Of a DNA stretch of 64,000 nucleotides, positions 38,275-51,400 are shown piece by piece. Each line of letters opens with the position of its first letter. Within the stretch, counting starts at the first letter, position 1. Where the stretch lies: contig OZ237745.1 of assembly GCA_965178125.1 (NCBI GenBank), positions 744,001 to 808,000 of the forward strand, read 5' to 3'. A model generated the notes under the pieces. The model made no database searches. It was given only the letters and a program-made list of their open reading frames with translations, and was not told where the DNA came from. The DNA is from Bilabrum cf. latius. Taxonomy: Eukaryota. The position numbers were made by a program, and so were the translations under genes.

Positions 38275-39286
38275 ATGAGGCGAAAGAGGAAGACAGTTTA
38301 CTGCGACTACTGCGATACGTTCGTCAACGAATCTGTAAGGTCGACCTACCAGCTTTTCTCTGTTTCTGGGCATCGCGCGATAATTCAGCTCTAAAGGTTC
38401 CAATCATCCCAATGTCTCGCAGGAGAATGGTCGAAATTAGCACGCTCGCGGTGCTCATCACAGAGAAGCTGTTTTTACTTGGTATGCCTCGGTGAGTGTT
38501 TTGGCACTAGCAAGCAACCAGTGCTCCCAGCGAGATCCGGTCGAGGCTGCAATCATACTGTCACGCAAATCGACCTACCCTTTTCCCACATTTATTCCGC
38601 AGTTGGCCCGCGGTTAGGCGCCCGTGCACCCCAGCAGAGTAGGAGAGAAAGGGCCTCAGATTGCACTGGAAGACTACGGCATTGATTTGGGGCGGCGCCT
38701 GGACAGGTTCCAGAGAGACACATTTCCGAATACGTATCCCCCTAGACCACCCGGAGGTGCCCCTGCAATGGGACGTCCCGGTGCGCGACCTGGTCCGATG
38801 CCAGGCCACGGCATGCCGATGCCGATGGGCATGCCAATGGGAATGCATGGCCGCCCGCCCATGCCAGGCCCCATGGGGGCTGGATATGGCATGCCCAGAC
38901 CGTTTGTCACAGGTCCTGGCGCTCCAGCAGGTCCATTTTCCGGTCGACCGCCCATGCCCGGTGCCATGGGCCTCCACCCGACTGGCAGTGCTCGCCCGGG
39001 ACCGGGGGCAGGTGCGTCCGTTCCGCCGGCACCGCCTGCTCCGGGGGCTCCCCCCACGGGCATTCCGGCTAGCATGCCCGGTTCATCCTCGGCATCATCC
39101 GCTGCTGCAGGGGCAACAAAACCTGGAACAGGCCCTGAAGGCGGGACTGCACAAGCCGGCTCCGCCGCGATGGGGTCTCTAACCGGCGGTGCTGGGCTGG
39201 CGAGCCTCACTGGTGGCACTGGCTTGTCTGCGCTGGCAGGAGGCAGCGGGGAGGGCGGCGCTCCTGCTTCTGTTCCAATGTCTTGA
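38275..39286 (+). CDS. U1 snRNP protein C-like (matrin/U1-type zinc finger + Pro/Met/Gly-rich tail)
   Basis: YCDYCDTFV, intron 38335-38422, then ENGRN(Q)HARGAHHREAVFTWY, intron 38492-38602, then a PGM-rich tail. TAGs at 38438 and 38615; TGA at 39284. Confidence 0.75.
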
Positions 39287-39450
39287 GATCGATTCAAGTG
39301 AGAGCTTGAGCGTAGAGCGGGCGGGGTGCTAGATCCACCAAGGCTTGAGGAGAGAGATTGTGCGACGTAGCACGACCATTGATTTAAGTAAAATCTAGGT
39401 GTTTAATTAAGTAGCCGAAAGTTGTGCGGTGTACATTAACAACATGATCA

Positions 39451-42400
39451 TTATGCGTCCAGCACCATCTAGCTGCAGGCGCTGCCACCAAATCCGTCAA
39501 AGCAATCGCACATGCCCGTGTCCCGGTCGCATTGACCCCTTCCCGAGCACACAGCACCCTCGTACGAGGGATGCGCCCCGCGGACGAGCCTGGTGCTGCA
39601 CCGCGCCTGCGACACAGAGAACACGTAGGTGCCCTCCGCGATGATTCGATCGCTGGCAAAGTCGATGCGCATGCCGTAGCCGGCATAGATCCCGGTGGTG
39701 GCCCAGCCTTGGGGCACCGGCTGCCGAGGCACCACCTCCACCGAAGTGCCATCCACTGAAGGGCTCCTTGCTTCTATGCTGTAGGTTCGTTCCGATGCGA
39801 TTTGCTCCGCGCTTGCCGCCCTCACCACGACCGTGATGCGGACGTCGTGCTGCCCTTCAGGCGCGAACGAGGCCGGGGTGCTGCTGCCATCGCCACCGTT
39901 GAAGAACGACGATGACGAAAGACTGACGCCGCCGTCAGAAGGCTCCGTGCTAGTTGTGCCGGCGATAGCGGTGCCAAAGGTTGACACGGCCAGAATCGGC
40001 CTTCTTACTGGCAGGCAGCCGTGCGTGTCGCACGGTGCGTCGGGCTGGCAAGAAATCTCCTGCCGGTCACCAGAGTTGTCCGGGTGGTGAAACGTGACAT
40101 GCCACGCCCGCTGCCGCAAGTCTCGTGTCGGTTGCGACACGAGCACAGACCGAAACGTGTTCTCTGGAGCGTGCTCGATGGCATTTCTCAGCCATACCGA
40201 GCTATCCACGGACGAACGGATCCACGCATCTGGCACCACGAGAGAATCCCATTGGAACCCGTCCACAGTGTTGAGCTTCGCGGAGAGATCGAATCCAAAC
40301 GCTAGGTCGCCTGGACGGGTGATGTCCGTCCCGAATTGATACTTGATCTCCCACACTTGCCCATGCTGCTCGCCAGTGCAGCGCCCGCCCGGAATGGCTC
40401 GGTCGGAGTCGCCGCACTCCGTGACTGGGTCGTCTCCACGGGAGCAATGCCTGTGTTGGCACTGGGACCCGTAGTAAGGATAGTCGCACTTGCATGCGGT
40501 TAGCCTGTTCCCGTCCCATGAGTCCCCACCCCAGCGCGCCTCGTTGATGTGCCTGGCCAGCATGCAGACTCCGTTGCCGTTGCAAACTTTCTCGTTGTGC
40601 AGCTGATCGAGCACGTGAAAATGCCTTTCGTGGTTGATCCTGGCAAGCACAGAGGTCTCACCTGCGAGTGCTTGCAACATCGACGAAGGCACCGTGCCTC
40701 CGCATTGCAGCCGCTGACACGCGCTTCCTTCGAAGCCACGATGGCACGTGCACTTGCCCAGCTTCCTGTTGCATTCGCCTCGGCCTGCACACTCCACAGC
40801 CGGCTTACTTTCGTCTGAACCACTGCCCCACGATGGGTGCGTTGGACAAGTCCGGTCCTGGCATGCATAACCGGTGTGCGTAGTGTAGCAGAGGCACCTG
40901 CCACCATCGGCACAGATGCCGTTGCCGTTGCAGTCGTCAGGGCAGCCCCCCAGAGCCTCTCCCTTGGCTGATGCGGGTACCACGCCCCGAAACACACGAG
41001 AGGACCAGGTGTCAATATTGCGACTAGCAATCGGAATCATGCCAATTGACGGTGGAGGCAGCACGATTGGGACAAACAAGGAGAAATGAAAGACCTCGCA
41101 TCGTACCACTCCAACTGGAACCCGTTGCAACACCTCGCACGACTGCCCTGCTTCAAACCTTCCAAACGACTGATACGTACTGCTGTTTCTCAGTAGAATG
41201 TTGCTTGCATCTCCATCGTGAGCCTACTGCGCAGATTCAGGCGCATCCCTGGTGCCAATCAGCATGCTAACCAGCGTTCCAGGCTGCAGCTGGGGCACTG
41301 TGAAGGTCATGTTCGCGGGATGGCTCTGTGGAAAGCGTGCTCCAGCCGGCCCTGCGACCACGGCATTCTCCCAGAGTATTGCAGCGACCCTGCCCGACCT
41401 CGCTACCGTACGATCGATGTACTGCTCTGCTGCTTGCCTTGTCTGTGGAACGCGAGACAGGGCCTGCCCGCCGCTGAACTCGACAGCCTATGCATTGATT
41501 GGAAATGCCTGCTGTGATAGGGACACAACTGTGCTTCCATCTCCAACTTGATCGCTCAATGCGTTTCCTAGCTGTACCTGGACAAGTTCACCACTTGCAG
41601 ACGCCGGCTTCAGCACCGGTGGGTACACGCAGGATGCCTGGGGCAGAGACGCCATGGGGTTGTAGTTGCCCCTGGGGTTAGACACCACATCCCAGCGTGC
41701 CCTCTCGTCCCTGCATCCAGCCACATCCACAAAAAGAGTGAAATCTACAGTCGCAATGAGGCCAGAACTGTCCTCGGCAACAATTCTTAAAACGTATTGC
41801 TTTGGTCCTGGGGATGCAGGGGTAGATTGCTGGAGGCTGATACTCGGTCCGTATGTGGGCGTGCCAACTAGGGACCAAATCAGCTCCCCGGTGTACGCTG
41901 AGGACTCGAAAAACTGCAGCTGCAGCGGACTCGATGCCCTGAAGTCGTTCTCGGCCAAAATTGTCGCATTCTCAAAGACAAGGTCAGACTCGCGCTAGTA
42001 CAGGAGCGAAAAAGACACGCCAGCTGGTCCCTCGTCCCGAGCGTCTTGATCAACATAGAGTCTCCTCAATGGCAGCCGAACGCTATTCGGCTGCCCGTGC
42101 ATGAAGCGGACGCTAGCAACCTCTGCTGCTTCTTCCACGGTCAGCACAGCCCTTGGGCGCTCATCCATCGGCTGGATCACGAACGTAAACATCACAATTG
42201 GCGACTCGTTCCCACGTAAATCGTGCGCTTGTACGGCCACAGCAATTGCGCAAGAGTCCCCACAGCTTTCAAAGTCGAACGCTGCAGGCCCGTACCCATC
42301 TTCACCGACAATATCGCACGCGTCGAGCTGCAGCTTGTTGGCGTCAGGCATGCAGATACGTCCCATTGTGTCGTTACCGCCCTCTACGATCTTGAACTGC

Positions 42401-45400
42401 ACAACATCATTAACGTCAGAGTCAGTGACAAACCTGGTGAGGTCAGCCGTGAGCTGGTAGTGTGCCGCTGTGTGCTCCGTGACGTTAAAGATAGTTGGTA
42501 GTGCTGACTGGTTCACCTCGGGAGATCGCGTCGCGTTTAATGGAAGGCAGACCTGACCAAAGGTCGCCGTTGCGTTCTGAAAGCCAGACTGGCATGACTA
42601 TACGCAGCCGAGGCCTGGCTAGAGCACCGAAGCAGCTGATCCACAGGCATGGTCGCAACGCCTCGAGGTCGAGTTGCCCTCCCAGCCGAATGGGCATCGA
42701 AGGACGCACTCAGCATCGCCAGTGTCGGGATCTCTCCATTCGTAGTTGGGTGACAAACAGTTGAAGTTGCAGCTGCGAGTAGTTGCGGCATAGCTGCTGC
42801 CGGCAGGGCACTCAGTGCGTCCAACACAGTCGGCGACAGTACCGTTTGCTGCTGTCGCTGGCATCGCCTGCCCATCCGGACACACAGGGAGGCAGGTCCG
42901 AGACACTAGGTCAGCAAAGGTGCCAGTGGGGCACCTAGGAGCGCAGTCTAGCCTGGTTCCAGTCGGGTTGAAGAACTACCCCGGGGGGCACGCAGGCACG
43001 CACACCCTGGCTACCATATCACCCAGGACCTGCCCGAGCGGACAGGTCGATCGGCAGTCGCTTGCATTTTGGTACGCACCAAGAGGCAGAACGGTGCCAC
43101 TTCCGCATATCCGAGAGCACTGCCTGGAGACAGGATCGACAGCAAGCCCCATCTCGCAAGCACTGCTAGAACACGTGCCGTTGGACAAAAGCTGCTGTCC
43201 ATCTTGGCAGCGGGGTGCGCATGTTGCAGTTCCCTCAGGTCCCGTGGACCCTTGCAGAAAACTTGGGCATTGGTTGACGCAATAACCACTTGTCGCGCTG
43301 CCGGCCTCATCGCCGTCAATCAAGTCAAGAGTCGCTGCAAGTCCTGGGGGCATCAGCGTTCTGGGGACAAACCTGGAACCGTTCTTGCACGACTACTCGC
43401 ATCTGCGCAGTGTCTTATTCAGGCGAAACCCCGCAGCACATGGGTCTGTCGTGCAGTTCTGTACTGCGAGGCTGCTATTCGAGGCTGCTGCAGGGAGGTG
43501 GGTTCCGTTGTCGCACACCAGAGTGCAAATAGGCAAGTCCGCAGTCGATGGCAGCATCGTGGCATTCTCTGATGACATCCCTACCGTCGCATTTGCCAGA
43601 TTGACTTCCGTTGTAGAAGCGTTCACCGACCCATTCCGGGCGGTGCTCGTCCCGAAGCTGCTCGCTAGCTGCAGCTGCCTTGCTGTCGAACTCACCAGAG
43701 CTGTATCAATACCCCCACAGTATGGTGTGCAGAAACCCAGCTGGTGCTTCTGCGCGGCTTCCCACAAGATAGAACTGCTCTGATCCTCACGAAACGCACG
43801 AGGCACGAACGATTCATTCGATCGGCACACAGCTCGACACACCCCGGCAAAGTCGGGCAGATACCCCTCAAGGCACGAATCCAGAGTGCAGTTGGAAAGC
43901 GTGAGGGCAACACCAGCGGTATACTGCATGGACGGACTCGACAAGTTGAACGAAGTGTTGCCAGAAGATGTGCTGTTCATGCCGAAGGTAGCCATGGCGT
44001 CGAGGACGTCTGCTGGTGGCACAAGCCTGCTTCCTGCAGGGCATATTCGAGCGCATGCTCCGTTAGCCTCCATCATCCCGGGCGAGCACTCATCGACACA
44101 GCTGCTGATATCGGGCCCTTGATGCTGCCATAATGATCCTACTGGGCACACATCGTCACATGTGCGACCACGCGGGTTCGCCATAGTCCCCGGCGGGCAA
44201 TCCCCGACACATGCAGACTGGGATGTGTGGTACCAGTCATCTGGGGAACACCGAACCGGGTAACATGCACGGTCATCGGGATACACAAAAGTTCCAATCG
44301 GACAGCTAGACAAGCACTGACCACGTATTGCTGCAGCCTGCATTGAAGCCACTGACACAACCCCAGACTCGGGTGGAGCTATGGTTCCATTCACGGTGAT
44401 TAAAGTGCTATTTGATGCTACCAGTGCGCTGTTGTTCCCGCCAATTGGCATTTTGCTGGCACTAAACGTAGTCTGATTGCCACTGGAGCTCCTGTTCGTG
44501 CCCTGATTGCCGGCCAATGGCACATCCTCGACAAATAGGAGCGGCACATCTCCCGAGCTGGTTGAGCACGAATACTCGCAGGTTCTGGACAGCAAATTGA
44601 ACGTACTACCCAGTGGACACAATGCTACGCAGTATTCACCGTCTGTTGATCGAGCTGCGGTGTTATTTGCAGGCAAAAACTCACCGAGTGCGCAGACAGG
44701 CGCGCAGGCACGGCTGCTCTCGAGTATCACCGTGCCTGCTGGACACTGCGAAGGACTGCATACGCCCGTGCCGTTTACATGCACCTGGCGGTAATATTCC
44801 CCATGATCACACACAGGCAGACATGCCCCATCGCTGTCGACGAGCCACGGAGCGGCGTTGCTGCAAGACGCCAGGCATTCCTCAGTTGCATCTGCCCCCC
44901 GCTGCTGGTCGTACCTCGCAGATTCGTTGTACTGCAGTGATGCCTCAGCAAAACTCAACCCGCCCGTGCATCGTGGAACACATGCCCTGTACTGGTTTTC
45001 CTTTTCTGCGGCCAGGCATGGCTCAGAGCTGCATTCCGCGGCATCTTGGGGCGCCCATGATGGCAGCCTTGTTCCCGGATCGGCGCACACCGGCACGCAG
45101 TCGACCATCGCACTGCCCGTCGCATTGGATGGATCCTCAACGGATCCAAACTCAGGACACGAGTGCTGGTTGTTCCCAGCACCTGTCCCATTCCCAGCAG
45201 ATGATGAAGTTGCGTTGGCAGCAACAGCAGACATGCGACGTGCACGCGGAGCTGAGCGCCCAACCGCTGGTGGTTTCTGCTGCTCTTCTAGCGCTCGCAG
45301 CGACGCTCTCGCCATACTGATGGCAGTAACACGACTCTCTATAATTCCAAACGCGACAATGTAGTCGGCTGCAATCTCAACTGCATCTTCGTCTGCCCTA

Positions 45401-46185
45401 CCTGCCATAGGCTGGCACACAGTAGCAGACACGACTGGCAAAGGTCCCGGACAAAATGACACGCGTGCCGTGGAATCCTGACGGCTACATGTTTTCAGAC
45501 AATCGTCTGACTCTGAGGAGGAGCAGTCCCTGAGCACGTGCAGCAGGTCGGTTCGCTCGCCGCCGGACAAAGCAGGTGCCTCCGCGCCCGGTGCCCACCT
45601 GTGCACGCACTTGCCCAACGATTTCTTGCGCTTCCAAGGCGCTCTGGTGCGAGATCCCTTTGAACCCGATTCGCATGAAATGGCTCCTGGCCAAACATTG
45701 CGAGGAATGTCGACGCTGCCGCAAGACGGTGGTATTGGCAGCGCCTTCCCCGAGCAAACTCTGTATGCCGATAGCAGCTGGCCGTTCGTCTTGAGATCTT
45801 GGCGAGCGAACGGAACGGACCTCTATATCATGCGTAGAATATCACCTCCGTCATCCTGTTGGATCTGCACAGCTTCTTTTCCATTCGTGCATGCTACCGC
45901 AAGGTTCTGGCTAGTTGCTTCAATGAGCGGCCCAAGTCTTCTCGTGTTTTCAACTATTCGAATAGCGGCATAAAACGGATCCACGAACAGTGATCTAGAA
46001 GTACTGTCATCAGGTCGCTATAAATCTGCGTGAACACTTGTGGACGCATACACGCGGGAGGTAGTGGAGCAGCAAGGTCTTAGGGCCACTTGATATCACG
46101 ACATCTCACTGTGCTCGACAAATTTATGCGTTATTCCAGCTGCTATATGAGCAGTAGTCAGCAAAATCGTTGCTAATTTGATCAT
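39451..46185 (-). CDS. Giant secreted Cys-rich protein: furin-like Cys repeats, cadherin/Ig-like region, C-terminal mastigoneme(Ocm1/Sig1)-type EGF module (~2,200 aa)
   Basis: One frame from about 46095 to 39451, broken only by TAG (46018, 45823, 43393, 42976, 42619, 42598, 41995, 41488, 41224, 39469); ends TAA-TGA. A candidate signal-peptide exon MIKLATILLTTAHIAAG starts at 46185 (5' structure uncertain). Confidence 0.75.
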
Positions 46186-46357
46186 TTGCTTTGCATTGAG
46201 GCTACAAAACGCACAAAATACTAGCGTTCATGAGCAACGCTCAGCTCGCGAGGTTCCGCAGAGATTGCGCGGCGAAGGCCAAACCAGTGAAACACAAATC
46301 TTGTCCCTTGCGTTCTGCAGAATTCTATCAACTATGTGCACAGAGCAGTAATCGAAA

Positions 46358-48325
46358 ATGTTCAAGTGCTTGCAAAGATCTCAGCTTCTGCCTGGCGCCC
46401 GACGATTCGTCAAGGCATCTAAGGTAGGACGAGCTGGACTTAGCATCGAGGCAATGCGAGCAGTACCAGCTCATGACATAGCTGGAGCAGCATTTGGGAC
46501 CGATTGGAACTTGTGCATGCGAATTGCTTCGCTGCACTAGGATGAAATCACCAAGAATATGCTGTCGCAGCAGAGAGTGCTCCTTGTGACTTCGTCTGAT
46601 GCCTTAAACTAGCCTAGAATCAATGAAGTTGCGAGCTAGATACAAAGGGTAAGAGTCTTCTATCGACCTGATTCCATCCAGCAGTCGACTGCTACGCGTG
46701 CAGCTGCTCACAAGCTCCACTGTTCGGTGCACCGCAGTGCGGATCTGTAGTCGTCAATGCCTCTATTCGAAACGGAATGTGCGATGTAGAAAGCATTCAA
46801 GAGGCTGTCAACGTTGCCCGCCATGTTGGTGTCGGTGCAGTGGTAGGCTGTGGCTCTGGTGGCGTGCTTGATGCAGCGAAGGCGTTGTCGGTGCTCCTCC
46901 CGGCGCACTTGCCTGCGAGAGAGGCTCTGCTCGCCCTCGAGCGGTAGCACCAGAATCTCAGCTCGAACCAAGACAGCAGCGTCGGTGTTGCAAAAGATGG
47001 TGACAGTGACTCCCCCAAAACCACGCTGCTCGCCTCCACCCCGGGCGCCGACGCGAGCCGAGGGGGGAGCGAGCATGGCGCAGGGCGAGCGCTTCCCTGC
47101 GTGCTCGTTCCCTCCTGCCCATCGGGGGCAGAGGCAAATGATGTCGCAGTCGTCCACATCGGAGCAGGCGCCTTGATTCCAATCAGGCCGATTGCGGCCA
47201 GCTCCAGGGAACTGGCGGCTTTCATGCGCAGCACCGAAGAATCGAATCCGGACACCGACTGGACCGATCCTGGCACGCGATACCTCGCTTCACCTAGCGC
47301 CGAGCCCGTTCCTGTCATACGGCCAGATGGAAGTGTGGGTCTTTCAGACGCATCATCGGCTGCTGCAACCGCGTCGGGCGCGCAGTTCATGCTGGAGCTG
47401 CCACCCGGGCAGGCAGCAACCTCTGGTCTTGCCTGTCTTGCCCACGCCATGGAATCGTTCCTCAACCTAGACGCGGGTCCACGGACGCAGGCACTTGCCA
47501 TGTCAGCCATAGCTCGGTGCGCAGTAGCGTTACCCGCGCTAGATGCTTTTATCCGAGAGCAAGGTCCGATTCGTGCGTGGACGCGCCAAAGGGCCATAGG
47601 CACGCGGTACGAAAGAATCCTCGAGCTGCTTGCAGAGGCCTCTATTTTCTCTGGGGCTGCCATGCGATATGCACCGGCGGGTGCCACGCGCGCCCTTGCT
47701 ATGGCAGCCTCTGCTCGGTTCGAGCTGGGATACTCTGCAGTGGCAGCAGCTTGCGTGCAGCCTGTCTTCGAGACGTTGCTAGGGTGAGACGCGTACTGGA
47801 TCAGCGCAAATTTTCTTCGCGTTCAGTCTCCAGGCTTTTGCTATCGCTGCCAGCTCGTCTGCGACCGTGCCGCTGTAGTGAAACTTGGTATGCCCGATGT
47901 TGTTCCGTGTGTTTCTACCGCTGTCTCAGCTACCTGTATTTGTCTTTGTAATCCGCAGCATGGCAGAAGACGGTGCCACTGAGTTCGAGGAGGATCACGA
48001 GACTGTGTAGAGGCTTGCCGCCATCGATGCAGTCATCAAGACGATGCAATCATAGGACGTAGAGGCTATTGATACGCTTGATTCCGCATGGAAGTCCGCG
48101 GTATCTGGCGCTGGCTCGTAGCCGGGTGGCACGGTGGATGCTCTCGCAACACTGACCTCGGCTGTCGTGCCACACATTCCAAGAGACAAGCTCCGCGTGG
48201 ATCTTCTTTCGAGCAGTGACATCGATGCGATTGCCAGCGGCGCAGAGGCTACGGATGAGATGGGGCACTGCCCCGTCGAGCTGACGAGGCAGGACCTGGT
48301 GGAGTGCTTCCGTAGCTGCGCTTGA
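46358..48325 (+). CDS. Iron-containing alcohol dehydrogenase family-like protein (divergent)
   Basis: IQEAVNVARHVGVGAVVGCGSGGVLDAAKA, CVLVPSCPSGAEA, ATSGLACLAHAMESF, and C-terminal PVELTRQDLVECF. Introns ~46649-46737 and ~47784-47958. TAGs at 46538, 46610, 46637, 46945, 48008, 48053 and 48119. TGA at 48323. Confidence 0.65.
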
Positions 48326-48459
48326 TCCGGCGCACGGGGGCGTTCAATCCAGGATTGGCTCTGAATTGCAAATTGCAACACCCTGATTTGCACAGAAATT
48401 TTTTAGTATTTAGTCCGTGAGAAAGCCTCGATCAAGCACATTGCAATAAACAGTAGACA

Positions 48460-51400
48460 TCATGAGCCGTAGGACCGCCCGCTCTCTAGTCGGTCCTCGC
48501 GAAGGAACCTTTTGGCACCCTGTTCAGCTGACCCATCAGGAAGCGGATCGTCTGCGGAGGACAACTCAAAGCCGCAGCAGCATGAAGCAAAGGAGCGCGC
48601 GCAGCACCCCACTGGCTCCACGCACCGCGCTAGGTTCCCACAGCACAGCGAAGGGCACTCTGCGTCTTGGACGACAGGTCGTCCAGAGCGTAGCCCCGGT
48701 CGGCGCGCATATCGCGGGGTACAAATCGACAGCCACATCCCACCGCACGCCAGCTGGCATGCCACAATCCGCGGTCCACAAGTGTCACTGCACGCATCAA
48801 AGCACGACGCGCAGTCGTGCACGACGCAGCCCAGCGTGGTGCACCCGAGTGAGAGCTCAATCGCTACTTCGTTCTCAGAAACGAAATCCAGCCCATCCTG
48901 GGCCCCCACCACTGCATCACTACCATGCATGCGCTATCCAGGCGTCGCAGCAACCAGTGGTGTGCCAGTCGCGGGGGTCTAGTACGATGCGGCGGCAGCT
49001 GCTGGGGCCAACGTCGCAGTGCCGAGTCTGCTGGAGGTTGCGCCAATCCCATGAGAGCTCCCACTGGAAGGGGCGTTCGACTAGCTTTGAGATACGTGGC
49101 GGTGCCTGAACTTGGACACGCGACTGCACTTGCAACACAGCCAGGTGCACCTGCTTCTTCGCTCACCAGCACCTTGCCGTCCAGCTCCGCCGCCTCCGCT
49201 GGACACTCCCAGCAGAGCAGATGTCTCAGAGCCCAAGGTAGCATCCTATCCTGGGGTCCGGGTGTACATGCATGGAAAGCAGGCTTTGCAAAGGTATCCC
49301 CCGCATGCTGTTACCCCGTTGACTACTGTGTGTCCTAGGGCCAGCACAATGATCTGCCAGGCAAAAAGCGCAGCCCACAGCAGCAACGTAGCCAGCATGA
49401 TGAACTTGAGGACGTCCTGCATCATCTCAATCTTGGCGTGATCCGCCGTGGTTACACCAGCCAGGAGCGACGCCTGGCACAATTGCAGCAGTAGACCGGC
49501 AAAACAGAGAATGCAGAGGACGGCATTCATCGCAATCGCCTCGATGTTGGATGCTCTACCGCGGAATGGCCTCAGACCGACGTACAGCAAGAGGAAGATG
49601 AACGCAAGCGCAGTAGCAAGCGAGAACTGCCCGAGCTCACCCCAACTTTTCTGCCTGAATACAGCGTTGAACATGGTGGTCTTTGCGAGCTCGACACACT
49701 CCCACCAGAAGAAATCATCTGAGTAGTCGCTTGTCAAGAACGTGAGGCTACCGAACCTGGACTGCATCGTGGTCCCATCGACACTGCCTGGCACCCCCTT
49801 AGCCTTTGGTAGTCCATCTGAAGGGCTGTGGACCTTGCTTTCGCTCTCGTCTTCGTCTGAGGTGTCGTCTTCGAAGCGTCGCGGCCGCATTGCAAGCGGT
49901 GAAGCGATGGCGCCGACGGTGGACGAGACACCCTCATGCATCGGCCGCTGCATGCTCCCGTACCCGCCCCCAGAGCCAGGATCTAGATCCCCGAGCTGGA
50001 TCCCTTCGCCAGGCAGCTCTCGGCGTAACCCGAGGCGATACTCGCCTATCAGAACGACACGGGCGAAGTCCCTTGACTCTCGCGTGCAGCCGCCGTCGCT
50101 GTCGGAGCAGCAGCCTCCGGTGCCGGGCCCGCCACACATGAGAATAGACGAAATCAGCGGATACGTTAGTGCCATGTCGTGCGTTGTGTCGCCATCGCAC
50201 AGCTATGGTCGGATTGCAAAGCGTCTACCACTACGGTTCACGCCATAGTCTGGCAATTTAGACAAAGTTGGTCCATCCACCAGTCCACCTATTGACGGCG
50301 CCGGCGCCACAACCTCCGCGTCAGCCTGCTTTACACCGACCGATGCTTCGGTCCCTTTGGCACGAAGCTCCCTCGTGACAGCTCGCACCTTTGCTGCATC
50401 GACCTCGCCTGCTCTGCCTACGGTTGCGATAGCGTCCTGCTCGCTGATCTGCCGTTCAAACTCGCCGCAGCACATGCAGCACGGGCGCATTGCCGCAGTG
50501 ACAATCAGCCCAAGTCCTACCAGGCCGTGCGAGAACAGTGCTTGTAAACTGCCACAGGCACCCCAGGCTGTACAGCGGTTCGTGCTGCCGCAGTATATGC
50601 ACGGCTAGATGCAAGCATACCCGCACCGCCTGAATCCCCTGCTTCCAGTCGCGCAACCTACCCGTATGGGACCATCACGCGAGCATACTCCCGGTACCCC
50701 CATTGAGGTGCGCCCAAGCGTGGCACCGAGAAGAACAGGAATCCCCACGGTCCAGCCGGCAATCAAAGCACACGCAATCACATAGTTGAACATCCAGAAT
50801 CCGTTGGATGCGCTGCACTCGATGCGGAAATCTCGCAGCAGGTACCACTTCCCGTCATACTGGCCGGCGCCGTAATCGCATGTGATCATGTGAATGCATG
50901 CAACCGTTATCCCCGAATAGAACAGGGTGCAGATGAGCAGGAACTTGAGGCCCATCCGCTGCAGCCCGCAGGTCTTCTGCAAAGCCGTGAGGGCGAGGAT
51001 AAAAACGGCGGGAGCAGCGATAATGAGCAGAAATTGCACGTTGAAATCCGTCCCGAGTGTGCACGTTACGAGCTGAGTGAAGGTGTTGTAGGCGTAAAAC
51101 ACCACCTCGTCCGCAAAGAAAACGGCCTTGTGCATCTTGCCTGTGCTCTCCGCATTGTCGCTCACAAGCTCCTCGATGATCTTGCTGTTGAGAATAATCT
51201 GCACAAAATACACCATGAGGTGAAGGCGGTGGTAGGCGTGCTCCGCGTGAGCAACCTGATCGTGGTCGTGATCGTGGTCGTGACCATGTCCGTGCCCGTG
51301 TCCGTTGCCTCCGCCATGCGCGTGGTGGCCACCGTGTCTCTCCTGGTGTTTCCCCGTTTCTACACCATCGGAGAACTCAATCTTGCGCTTGTGGTGGTGT

